A stretch of DNA of 64,000 nucleotides from assembly GCA_024679065.1 (NCBI GenBank), contig JAGIQG010000043.1, positions 1,054,001-1,118,000 of the forward strand, read 5' to 3'. Position numbers and translations under genes: made by a program. The notes under the pieces were generated by a model, which saw nothing but the letters and a program-made list of their open reading frames with translations, was not told the origin of the DNA and did not search any database. Below are positions 25,930-36,642 of this stretch, in pieces (the first letter of the stretch is position 1; each line of letters opens with the position of its first letter). This DNA comes from Sphyrna mokarran. Lineage: Eukaryota.

Positions 25930-26120
25930 GTTCATAACCAATTAACCTAGTTAGCACATTTTTGGCCATGTGGGAGGAAACCGGAGTACCCAGGGAAAAC
26001 CCACGCGAACACGGGGAGAAAGTGCAAACTCCCCCAGCCGCAAGGCCCAGGTCGGGAACCGACCCTGGGTCCAAGTAGCCGGTCAACCTCAGTGCTAATC
26101 ACTGGGCTGACGTGCTGCCC
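25930..26120 (-). mobile_element. V-SINE (HE1-like) head and V-domain embedded in the R2-related element
   Basis: GGGCAGCACG..CAGTGATTAGCACTG..GGACCCAGGGTCGGTTCCCG..GGAGTTTGCACTTTCTCCCCGTG..CTCCGGTTTCCTCCCACA. Confidence 0.8.
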
Positions 26121-26431
26121 ATTCGTACCGTGACACCTTTGGGGGGTAATCGGTGTCATTATCTTTCGTCATCGTCTGGTAGTGAACATCCAAGACAAGA
26201 CGGGGCACACGTCCCATCTCAGCGTCACCCCAGGTGCGTCTCGTTCGTCTCACCCTTTGTACCGATGGTGTGGGTAGTGGGTCGCGGTTGCTTCTACTAC
26301 CTAGGCAGGGTGAACCGCATCCGCCAGCGGATCACCAGTGCCCCCGGGCCAAGCCTGAACTTGTCGAGAACCTAGTTTTTTGGAAATTTACCGGGTTTGT
26401 AGGCATAGAAGCGTGTTGGTTATCCTCGGCC

Positions 26432-26634
26432 AGTCAGATTCCGACAGACACTCGCCTGCCAGCAGGAGTGCCTGGATTCCCTGCGGGACCATCGGTAAGG
26501 GATGACTCACTGTGGTCTAGAACAACCAAAAATACCACAGCGACGCAACACACACCATAATCCATTCCAGCTTCACCACTCTAGGATGGCAGTCCTGTGG
26601 TAGTGGTCATGGACCTGGCATGCATCGCCCCCGC
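26432..26634 (-). ncRNA. Degenerate HDV-like ribozyme-shaped unit 3
   Basis: P1 GCGGGG/UCCCGC; hairpins GCGAUGCA/UGCGUCGC and CUGUGGU/ACCACAG; P2 AGUCA/UGACU; P4 AGGCACUC/GAGUGUCU; catalytic core not canonical. Confidence 0.5.
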
Positions 26635-26650
26635 TATTTGTTTCTCGACC

Positions 26651-26799
26651 AGTCACAGAATACCCTCTCTTGTGCCCAAGGAGAAGGTACCAGGTGGCTC
26701 CCGCGGAAGGGATTGACTCGCTGTGGGTAGAAACCAGAAGACCCCACAGTTACGATTGGCCGTTAACGCCTTGTTTCGGCTAACCAATCATACCCCACC
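26651..26799 (-). ncRNA. Degenerate HDV-like ribozyme-shaped unit 2
   Basis: P1 GGUGG/CCACC; hairpins UAUGAUUGG/CCAAUCGUA and CUGUGGG/CCCACAG; P2 AGUCA/UGACU; P3 CCC-UUCCGC-GGG; P4 UACCUUCU/AGAGGGUA. Confidence 0.55.
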
Positions 26800-26862
26800 G
26801 GTCTGTAACCGCAACCTTAAGGGGCATCCAGGCATGCAATTACTCCGCATCGTTTCTGGGAC

Positions 26863-27113
26863 AGCCGCTTTAGCCGCCACCGCGATGGATGTGCGGTGAC
26901 GTTGCCCGGCGGGACCGACGTGGAGGCGCAGCTCGCTGTGCGGCAGAAACGACAAGACCCGCACAGCTAAAGTAACCAAGAAACCTCAAGAGAGTCCCCC
27001 CAAGAGAGTCCTCCTTAAGAGAGTCATAGCTACTCCCGAGGGAATAACTAGAAACCTCAAGAGAGTCCCCCCAAGAGAGTCCTCCTTAATTTTTAAGAGA
27101 GTCATAGTTACTC
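26863..27113 (-). ncRNA. HDV-like (R2-type) self-cleaving ribozyme, core 26863-26933
   Basis: P2 AGCUGC/GCGGCU, P3 GCC/GGU, L3 UCCACGUC, P1 3' strand CCCGCC, GGGCAAC junction, P4 GUCACCGC/GCGGUGGC, J4/2 GGCUAA with the catalytic-C equivalent at 26873. Confidence 0.85.
27013..27113 (-). other. Two 28S rRNA fragments matching the sequence immediately upstream of the R2 insertion site
   Basis: 27113-27093 GAGTAACTATGACTCTCTTAA (21 nt exact) and 27038-27013 CGGGAGTAGCTATGACTCTCTTAAGG (25/26) versus the conserved 28S GGCGGGAGTAACTATGACTCTCTTAAGG^TAGCC. Confidence 0.9.
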
Positions 27114-28769
27114 CAATTTCCAGAGTTACACCTACTACTCTTTTTAAACAAAGGTACAACATTGGCTATTCTCCAGTCTTATCGGATCTCACCTGCGTCC
27201 AAAAAAGAGACAAAAAATTGGGTCAGAGGCCCAGCAATTTCACCTCGTGCCTCCCTAAGCAGCCTGGGATAAATGCCATCAGGTCCTGGAGATTTATCAG
27301 TTTTAATGCTCCCTGGAAGCTCTGATACTTCCTCCCTCGGTATGGATATTGCCTTTAACTTGCCTACAGCTCCCTCGGAGACAGGACCGGTCAACAAGCC
27401 CTCTCCTTCGTGAATACTGACGCAAAGTATTCATTCAGAATCTCTCCCATTCCCTCAGACTCTAAGCATAGTTCCCCTCCTCTGTCCCTAAGTGGACCGA
27501 TATTTCCTCTAACCACTCTTTTATTCCTAACATAGGAGTAAGAAGCCGTTGGATGCCCTTAATCCTATCTGCCAAAACCATTTCATGCCCTCCCTTTTGT
27601 CCTTCTAACTCCCCATCTGAGCTCCCTCCGGCTTTCTCTATATTCCACCAGCGCTCTCTCCGTTCCCAGTTGCTTTGAACTTCATGCAATGTGGCGGCCA
27701 GAATTAAAAACAATGCTACAAATTGGGGCCCATCAAAATTAAAAAACAACTGAAACGACCAGTATCAGGGATGAATCGGGCACGGGCCCCAAATCATTGG
27801 CTACATTTCTAGATCAAAAGTCCAACGAAAACACTACGAGACCACCACTTCCTCCTCATAAGAAATAAACATTAGTCCAGAATCCTGTCTTTACTTTCTT
27901 CTAACATAGTTTCATTTTACACTTTGACATCGGCCCAAAATGTCTCCTGCTAAAAAAAACAGCATCTCAGCAACAATGTGGTACTCCCTCGACATTGCAC
28001 GGATGTAACGACACGGATCAACTGCCAAAGTTTCAAGAACAGAATTGAGAATAAGAAATCCAGATCATGAATCTGTTATGATTTAGACACTCACGAACTG
28101 GAAATAAGTGTAGGCCACTCGGAAATTCGAGTTCTGCCATTCATTTTGATTATGGCTCATGATCCCATTCAATATCCTGATCCTCTCTCCTCCAGCCACC
28201 CCTCACCTCGTCCTCCCACCTCCCTGACCACTGTCACCCACTCACCATATCCCTTGCTTCCTTTACCCCTAAGAAAATGTCTAATTTAATCTTCAAAGTG
28301 GACTCCGAGAAAGGGACTGAAATTGATTTTGGTGCCTCTCACATCCGCCAATTTCCATCACCCCATCTTTCCTGCTTTGCGGTAAGCTGACACGGACCTC
28401 AGTTCTGGAGCTCTATCCCTGAACCGCTCTGCCTTTGAGTCTCTTTAAAATAAATCTTAAACCTGTTTGCCAATATTTATAGCTTAAACGGCCTAATCTA
28501 GGCAGCATCACTGGTCAACCTCTTCTGCAACTTTTCCAAAGCAACTACGTCCTGCCTATACTGCGGCGACCAGAATTGAATGCAATACTCCAAATGCGGC
28601 TTAATCGGAGCTTCATACAGTTGCATTTGCCAGCACTTCCCGAGATGAAGATCAAATCCGGACCCTGAGAACATTAGCTGAATTTCAGGATTAATAATTC
28701 AGGATAATATAACGAGGCCAACGTCTCCTCCTTGATCAGAATAAATATTAGTACAAAGTCTTATCGTTT

Positions 28770-30165
28770 CTCATAACATTTACACACTTTGATTCAAATT
28801 GTTCTGATTCACTTCAGAGTGATGGATCAAGAGGTGTGTGCATACAATTAGCCGATGTTTATAATGTAGATAAATGTGAGTTAGTCCACCTTGGTAGCAA
28901 AAATAGGGAGGCAGTATATTATTTGAATAGGTGTAACTTAACAGAAGTAGATACTCAATGAGACCTTGGTTTCCTCGGGCATCAGTCACAGAAACAAAGT
29001 GCGTAGGTAGAGCGAGAATTAAAGGAGGAAAATGGTATGCTAGCCTTCATAGCGAGGGGATTTAAGTATATGGATAGGGAAGTTTTTCAACAATTGCATT
29101 GGGCGTTGGTACGCCACACCTGGAATATTTTGTGCATTTGTGGTGTCCTTGTCTAAGGAAAGATATAGAGAGCGCAGCGAAAGTTCACCAGGCTGATTCG
29201 TGAGATGGCAGGTCTGTCACATGAAAAAAGAGATAGAACATAAAACATACAACACTACAGCACAAACAGGCCCTTCGCCCCACAAGTTGTGTCGATCATA
29301 ACCATACATATTGTGCCACAGAATTATCTGTAACGCCCAATCCTATTTAATCCATATACTCATCCAGAAGTCTTTTAAAAGGCCCCAGCGAGTTACGCCT
29401 CCACCGCCACCGACGGCAGTCAATTCCAATCACTCACCACCCTCTGCGTAAAAAAAAACCTACCCTGCAACAGCTCTTCTGTACTTGCTGCCCAGCACCT
29501 TAAACCTGTGTCCTCTCATAGTGACCATTACAGCCCTGGGAAATAACCTCCGAGAATCCACTCTTTCCAATGCTCTCAACATTTTAAAAACCTCTATCGG
29601 GTCGCCTTTCAACCTTCGTCTCTCCAGGGAGAAGAGACTGAGCTCCCTCAACCTATCTTCATAAGGCATGCCTCCCAATCCAGACAACATCCTTGTAAAT
29701 CCCCTCTGCACCCTCTCGATAGACTCCACATCCTATATATCATATACGATTATATTCACTGGAATTTGGAAGACTGACAAGGAATCTCATGGAAACGTAT
29801 GAATTTTTTCATCAGTTTGTGATGGTGGATGCAGAAAGCAAGTTTCCGATGGTGGGGGAGTCCAGATCTAGTGTTCATATTTTGAAGGTAAGTGTTCATC
29901 TTTTAGCACTGAGCTAAGGAGACATCTCTTCACTCAGAGAGCCGTGAATATGTAGACTTAACTGCCACAGAAAGTTGTTGACACAAAAACATAGTGTTAT
30001 TTCTAGACGATACTAGGTATATCTCTTGGGAATCCAGAATTTAAGGGATATGGAAGTCAGGCGAGGTCAGGGCATGAATTTGATGATTACCCATGAACAA
30101 AATGAATGATGGAAAAGGTTTGAATGGCTGAATGGCCAACACCTGTTTCTATGCTCAGTGCTACA
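28770..30165. mobile_element. Old plus-strand LINE fragment with an inverted LINE 3' fragment nested at about 29232-29735 (mirror 43790-45186)
   Basis: ERVQRGFTRML..LFSLERRRL motif on the minus strand, flanked by colinear plus-strand LINE remnants. Confidence 0.7.
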
Positions 30166-30544
30166 ATGTAACCATTTTGACACTCCTCTTTCGAATTATG
30201 CTATGCGTACGGAGTAGCAAAATGCCCTCCCGGGAGTGAATGAATGTCAGCTTTCACTTTGACAAATAATAACAAAGGCAGGTCGTTTCTTAAATGAGAA
30301 ATTGGCAATTGTGACCAGACAACGGGGCCTAGTTATCTTTGCTCTTGAGTTACAACATGTGGGTGTATAAGCAAGTCGGAAGGTTCCCAAGGTTTGGAAA
30401 ACTTCATCGCCAAGGCACTTATGCACACTTGTAAGGGTTTCATTGATGTATATATATATAGGTTTGCCCACATGGTTATTGTTCATATTATTACCACGCA
30501 TAATTAATCTCTAGATATGCACCTACTTTCTTTTTGTTTAGCTT

Positions 30545-30892
30545 CAGACATGGGGGTGTCTAGTTGCTGAGCATTTCTTGTACCTCATTAGTTGCCCCAG
30601 GGCAGTTGAGACTCAACAACATTGCTGTGGCTCTGGAGTTCAATATAAGACAAATTTGGTAAGGATAGAAGATTCCTTTCCATAAAGGGTATTAAAAAAA
30701 CATTTTTTTTTTGTTTTTTAATAGTCGACAATGGTTTAACGGACATCAGTAGATGTTTAGTTGCACTTGCTTCTTTTTTTCTTGAATTCAAATTCCACCT
30801 TCAGCCATGACAGTATTCGAACCCGGGTCCCCAGAATATTAGCTGAGTTTCTCGATTACTAGTGAGAATGCCACTCGGCCATCGTCTCGCCT
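30545..30892 (-). mobile_element. tRNA-derived SINE, SacSINE1/Deu-like (mirror 43063-43410, plus)
   Basis: GATGGCCGAGTGG A-box, GGGTTCGAATAC B-box, GGTGGAATTTGAATTCAA body; family assigned from memory of shark SINE consensus sequences. Confidence 0.55.
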
Positions 30893-33029
30893 ATTTACTC
30901 CCTACCATCCAAAAACCCCAATCCTGTATATCCTTCGTGACGGCTCTATGTGTTTATTGTATAGGGATCTTGTGAAAGAGGGAGTAGAACAACGGTTTAC
31001 CAGGTAGATTCTTGGGTTGCCGTTCTGTCATTTCAAGAGAGACTTATCCCGTCAGTACCATATTCACTGGAGTACAGATGAGTGAAAGGGGATCTTATAG
31101 AATCATATAAAATTTCAACAGGTGTAGACAGGGTAGATTCAGAAAGAATGCCCCCAATGGTAGGGGAGTCACGAACAAGTAATCAAATTTTGAGGAGATT
31201 GGGCAAACCATTTAGAAAGGAGGGGACGTTTATTCACCCAGAGAAAGTAGCTGAGGCCAAATTGATGCCTGATTTCAAGAATAAGTTCGATTTATGGCTA
31301 AAGGGATGAAAGGAATTGGGGGAGGGGGGATCAGTATATGTTATGCGATGATAAGCCACGAACTAAATGAATGGTGGAGCAGGCTAGAAGGGCTGAATGG
31401 CCTGCTCATTTTTTTTGTCTCTGTGTTTCTATGAACAGTTGACAAACATGATTATTTCATATTGGAAATTTTGCCATCTACTCCAGGACCATGGGACCAG
31501 GAGAGTTTGTAATGTTGGTTTGCGAACTCTGCCCGCACCCCACTAAAAATCAGCTCGCTCACCACTTTAACGAGTCAGTTTCGAACTTACCGTTCCCGCC
31601 TTGCATGTGTTCACGTTCTCTCTGAGCCAATTACACAAAATCACAAATATGCAACTCTCAGTTCTGTCATCACAATCATCATCAAATATGGAAAAAGAGC
31701 AAATGTACCTCAAATCGTCATTGATGAAGGGCACTCCCCACAACCCGGGAATCGTTTTGCTTTACTCTCTGTTCCAAACCTCTCAATCAATTTGCAACCA
31801 CAACCTGAAAGTTCTAACTCCATGCAGTGCGGAGTTTGACAATAATCGCCTATTGGTCACCTTGTGGGAGAATCATGTGGTTATCATTAAGAGAGAATTT
31901 GCTATCTCACTGGATAGTAAATTCCGAAGTATTTTCAATTATACTCATCAGTCAGGACTCCACTTTAATGAAATTTTCGTTGCACTCTCTACTCAGTTCA
32001 TTTCGGTGAAGTATATGTTCATATTAGGTATGACAGCAGATCGTAATAAATTCCCCACAGCTGTTGTTACAAGCTTGAGGATATCTGGTTCCACTTCCCG
32101 TTCTAACTCTAAACGTAATTAATTGACTAATTAAGTGGACGGTGGTATGTGATATTGAAACATGTGAAAGTATTCACTCGAGTGGAAAGATCTGAAAATC
32201 AGGATTCTTGTAGAACTTGTCGGATTAGGACATTCTGACATTTCAGTATGAGCGGCACAGTCGCACAGTGGTCAGCAATGCTGCGTCACGGCGCCAGAGA
32301 CCTTTGTTTAGTTACATCCTTGGGTCACCATCTGCGTGGAGTTTGCACCTCTCCCCGTGTCTGCGTGGGTTTCCACTGATGCTTCAGTTTCCACTCACAG
32401 ACCAAACATGTGCTTATTGTGTGGACTGGCCATTTTATTTGCCCCTTAGTTTCCAAAGATGGGCAGTTTGGATTGATTTGCCCTTCTAAAATTCCCACTA
32501 CGGTCAGGAAGATTAGCAGCGTAAAAACCTGGGTTCATGAGAAATAGGTCTTGAGGGGACTGTTGCTATTATAGACTCACTGATTCAAATTCATAAGTCC
32601 TATAATTTTATGATTCAGATAGCTTTCATGTCCTTGTGCAGAACATATATTTACCAGAAGGTACCCGAGCAATTAAAAAACACATTTCTTTGCTGCTATT
32701 TACTGCAATGGTTGGAGTATTTATGATGATCAAATAGTAAGAAATACTTATTGCAAGCAAACCTTATGTCAGTCAGATTGTGCCCAGAATACTGAATGCC
32801 GTTTAGTTGTCTTTTTTATAGGAGAAAGCTGCATTTGCCTTTCAAGTAAGATTCTGAAGCTTTATTCTGGCAGGAAAGATTTGTCCTGTCTGAGCACATT
32901 CATTAGAACGGATCAACGTTAGGTGGACTTCAGGAAATGAATATCTGTTATTGAAAAGATTCGGGCTACGATTTAAGTATTGAGATTGAGAACTTGTTCA
33001 TGCCTTGCTGGTGAGTCGACAACATCGAG

Positions 33030-35480
33030 GCCTAATATTAGGCCTAATATTGATTGGAATAGCTATAAATCCAGCTCGTTAGAGGGGTCAGTTTTTGTAC
33101 AAAGTGTGCAGGAAGGTTTTTTGACTCAGTAAGTAGATAGGCCAACTAGAGGTGAGGCTACATTGGATTTGGTGCTGGGCAATGAGCCAGACCAGGTGTT
33201 AGACTTGGAAGTTGTGAACATTTTGGTGATAGTGACCACAATTCGGTTACGTTCACCTTAGTGATGGATAGGGATAGGCATGAAGCTGGGGTCAGTAGTT
33301 ATAGCTGGGGGAAGGGTAATTATGAGGCCATCAGGAGAGAATTAGGGTGCATAGATTGGACTAGGGAACTACAGGGACTGGGAACATCTGGAATGTGGTG
33401 CTTATTCAAGGAGCAGCTGCTGCGAGTCCTTTATAAGTATGTCCCTGTCAGGCAGGGAGGAAATGGACGAGTAAGAGAGCCTTGGTGTACGAAAAGAGTT
33501 GATTTGCTGGTTAAGAAGAAAAAGGAGGCTTATGTCAGGAAGAGGCTTGAAGGCTCAGGTAGTGCAATGGATAGCTATAGATTAGCTAGGAAGGAGGTAA
33601 AAAGTGAATTGAGGAGAGCTAAGAGGGGACACGAGAAGATGTTGGCTGATAGGATTAAGGAGAATCCTAAAGCTTTCCTTCGATATGTTAAGAATAGAAG
33701 ATTGGTTAGGGCAAGATTAGGGCCAGTCATAGACAGCAGTGGGAAGTTGTGCGTGGAGCTGAAGAGATTGGAGAGGCACTGAATAAATATTTCTCTTCGG
33801 TATTCACGCAGGGTGATGTAAATGTAGTTATGGAGAACACTGAGGTACAGGGTTGCAAACTGGAAAGTATTGAAGTAGATAGGGAGGATTTGCTAGATAT
33901 TCTCGAGGGTTTGAAGTTGGATAAGTCCCCTGGGCCGGACGGGATTTACCCTAGGATTCTCTGGGAGGCAAGAGAGGAGATTGCAGAGCCTCTGGCTCTG
34001 ATCTGCAGGTCGTCGTTGGTTACGGGTGTGGTTCCGGAGGACTGGAGGATAGCGAATGTGGTCCCGTTGTTCAAGAAGGGGAAGAGAGACCTTCCAGGGA
34101 ATTATAGGCCAGTGAGTCTTACTTCTGTTGTGGGCAAAGTATTGGAGAGAATTATTAGGGATAGGATTATAGTTATTTAGAGAGAAATGAATTGATTGGG
34201 GATAGTCAGCATGGTTTTGTGAAGGGTAGGTCGTGCCTTACTAACCTCATTGAGTTTTTTTGAAAAAGTGACCAAAGAGGTGGATGGGGGTAAGGCGGTT
34301 GATATGGTATATATGGACTTTAGTAAGGCGTTCGATAAGGTGGCCCATGGAAGGCTTCTGCAGAAAATGCAGATGTATGGGATAGAGGGTGATTTAGCTA
34401 ATTGGATTAGGAATTGGCTAGCGGATAGAAGACAGAGGGTGGTGGTTGATGGGAGATATTCAACGTGGAGTTCGGTTACAAGTGGTGTACCTCAGGGGTC
34501 TGTTTTGGGGCCCCTGCTGTTTGTAATTTTTTATAAATGATCTGGATGAGGGTATTGAAGGATGGATTAGTAAATTTGTGGATGACACTAAAGTCGGTGG
34601 AGTGGTAGATAGTGAAGAAGGGTGTTATAGTTTGCAGAGAGACTTGGGCAAGTTGCAGAGCTGGGCTGAGAGGTGGCAAATGGAGTTTAATGAGGAAAAG
34701 TGTGAGGTAATGCACTTTGGCAGGAGTAATAAATGTGTAGAGTATAGGGCTAATGGTAGGATTCTTAACAGTGTTGATGAACAGAGGGATCTTGGTGTAT
34801 TTGTGCATAGATCCCTGAAAGTAGGCAGTCAAGTCGATAAGGTTGTTAAGAAGGCATACGGAGTCTTAGCTTTTATTGGTAGGGGGATTGAATTTCGGAT
34901 CGCAACGACATTTTGCAACTGGACAAAACTCTAGTGCGGCCACCCTTGGAGTATTGTGTGCAGTTCTGGTCCCCACATTATAAGAAAGATGTGGAGGCAC
35001 TGGAGAAGGTACAAAGGAGGTTTACCAGGATGTTGCCTGGTATGGAGGGCAGGTCTTATGAGGAGAGGCTCAGGGATTTGAGGTTGTTTTCGTTAGAAAG
35101 GAGGTGGCTAAGAGGAGACCTTATCGTAACATATAAGATGATTAGAGGTTTAGATAGGGTGGACAGTGATAGCCTTTTTCCTAGGATGGAGAAAGTTAGC
35201 ACGAGGGGACACAGCTTTAAATTAAGGGGAGGTTGTTATAGGACGGATATCAGATGTAGGTTCTTTACCCAGAGGGTGGTTAGGGAGTGGAATGCCCTGT
35301 CTGCGGCAGTTGTAGATGTGCCAAGTTTGGTGACGTTTAAGTGGTTAACTGATAAGTTTATGGAAGAGAAGGGAATGGTTTAGTTTGGAGGTTCATTGCT
35401 TTTTTCATAATTGGTCGGTGGAACATCGAAGGCCGAAGGGCCTGTTCTGCGCTGTAATGTTGTATGTTCTATGTTCTAGG
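33030..35480 (+). mobile_element. 5'-truncated CR1 LINE (APE end plus RT plus 3' UTR)
   Basis: LDLVLGNEP..SDH, KSPGPDG and GVPQGSVLGP motifs; several homopolymer frameshifts; (GTTCTAT)n tail. Confidence 0.9.
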
Positions 35481-36419
35481 CAATTGACTCAGAGTGCAGA
35501 CAGAAATGAAGGGACAGACCTTCATTCATATATCTGTGACTTTTTGGGGTGTTCTGCAATAAGAATTCTGGATGTTCATTGAAGACACGGATCGATATGT
35601 ATGGGGAATCAAGACAATGTGGAATTGATGTACAGTCAACAATCTAATTGCCTGACGGAGATCGAATGAAGTCATTATGTAACATGGTTGAGTCTGTTAA
35701 AATCGCTGTTGTTGTTGCAATTTCTCGTTCTGACCACACCGTGCTGCTCGAAGTCTACACATCCATTTCCCTATTGCCCAGACGCCCCGAATCGCTCTTT
35801 TTTCCCCCCTTTTTCCCTTTCCTTGTCACAAGCTGACCACGTTTTCAGGCTAGGAGGGATGGTCTTAATTGATTCATGACGATAAATCATTTATTTCAAT
35901 CAAAGGCCGGCATCCTCAGAATGGATAACGAAGGGAAATTCTTATCAGCGAGGACTCTTCACGACTATGTCCCTGATATAGGCATTTGTCAGGCTCTAAA
36001 CGTTGTGGAAGCATATGCCGTCACTGACTATCCAGCTGTGAAAATGTCTGGCTGATTTCCAAAATAGAAATGGAACGAGTAATGGATTTTGCAGAGGACA
36101 GCACACAGTGTTTTTTTTTGCCTTAAACTTTATGAGCTTTATCGTCTTTTTGAAGTCTCCCTGAACCAATATCCTTAAGGAAAACTCTTCCAATTATCCA
36201 TCAAGAGGATGGTTTGGAATTATTTGGAACGTTATGGGTCCACATCTATGCGATTTTCTCAGAATCTTAACACTGTTGAGCATGTGCCAAGCTGCTACAT
36301 GCATACAAACAATCCTGCAGTGGATGAAAAGGCCAACTGGTGCCATCGAGTGGGCACCGTTTCTCCGACAAAGCATCTTATTTAGGGCTTAGTCTTTAAC
36401 TGCTTGTACTTACCGCACT

Positions 36420-36642
36420 AACTCCAGAACGCATCAACACATTAAATGTAATTTGCCATGGCCAATCAACTTGACTTACATATCTTTAGACTATGGAGAG
36501 AAATTGTCGCAACGAGAAGACTCTTGCAGAGACACGGAGAGATTGTGCAACCTGCACTCTGTTAGTGTTCCAAGCCAGGTTCCAAACCCAGGTTCCTTGG
36601 ATCTGTGAGGCAGCAAGGCTAACCATTATGCCACGGTGCCGG
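36420..36642 (-). mobile_element. Degenerate HE1-like SINE (mirror 37317-37550, plus)
   Basis: GGCACCGTGGCATAATGGTTAGCCTTGCTGCCTCACAG head. Confidence 0.65.

Larger units (their letters stand above)
25500..27113 (-). mobile_element. Non-autonomous R2-retrotransposon-related element, 1614 bp, left arm only
   Basis: Arm coordinate sums shift from 72342 to 73956; the empty site in the right arm is GGAAATTG|TAGGCCAG (46842/46843); no TSD. The 5' end is the 28S rRNA sequence GAGTAACTATGACTCTCTTAA, followed by an HDV-like ribozyme; the 3' end is ..GTATTCAAA. Confidence 0.85.
23655..27680 (-). mobile_element. Decayed CR1 LINE (ORF2 part plus 3' UTR), interrupted at 25499/27114 by the R2-related insertion
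   Basis: KSPGPDGIYPR, QHGF..GRSCLTNL and FADD motifs; colinear with the uninterrupted mirror at 46276-48687. Confidence 0.88.

Noticed and set aside
25519-26979. Short ORFs inside the insertion
   Set aside because: No RT, zinc-finger, Myb or endonuclease motifs; expected by chance in GC-rich sequence.
27013-27113. rRNA gene
   Set aside because: Only 21-26 nt of 28S are present, limited to the R2 upstream target; there is no other rRNA sequence.
25500-27113. DIRS/Ngaro, Helitron or DNA transposon identity for the TSD-less insertion
   Set aside because: No split or inverted terminal repeats and no TC..CTRR ends at an A/T site; the 28S leader plus HDV-like ribozyme explains it better.
31601-32122. 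173-aa ORF (mirror 41838-42359) as a gene
   Set aside because: Non-ATG start, no recognisable domain, and the frame is broken in the paralogous unit at 21350-21890; its recurrence is only due to the palindrome.
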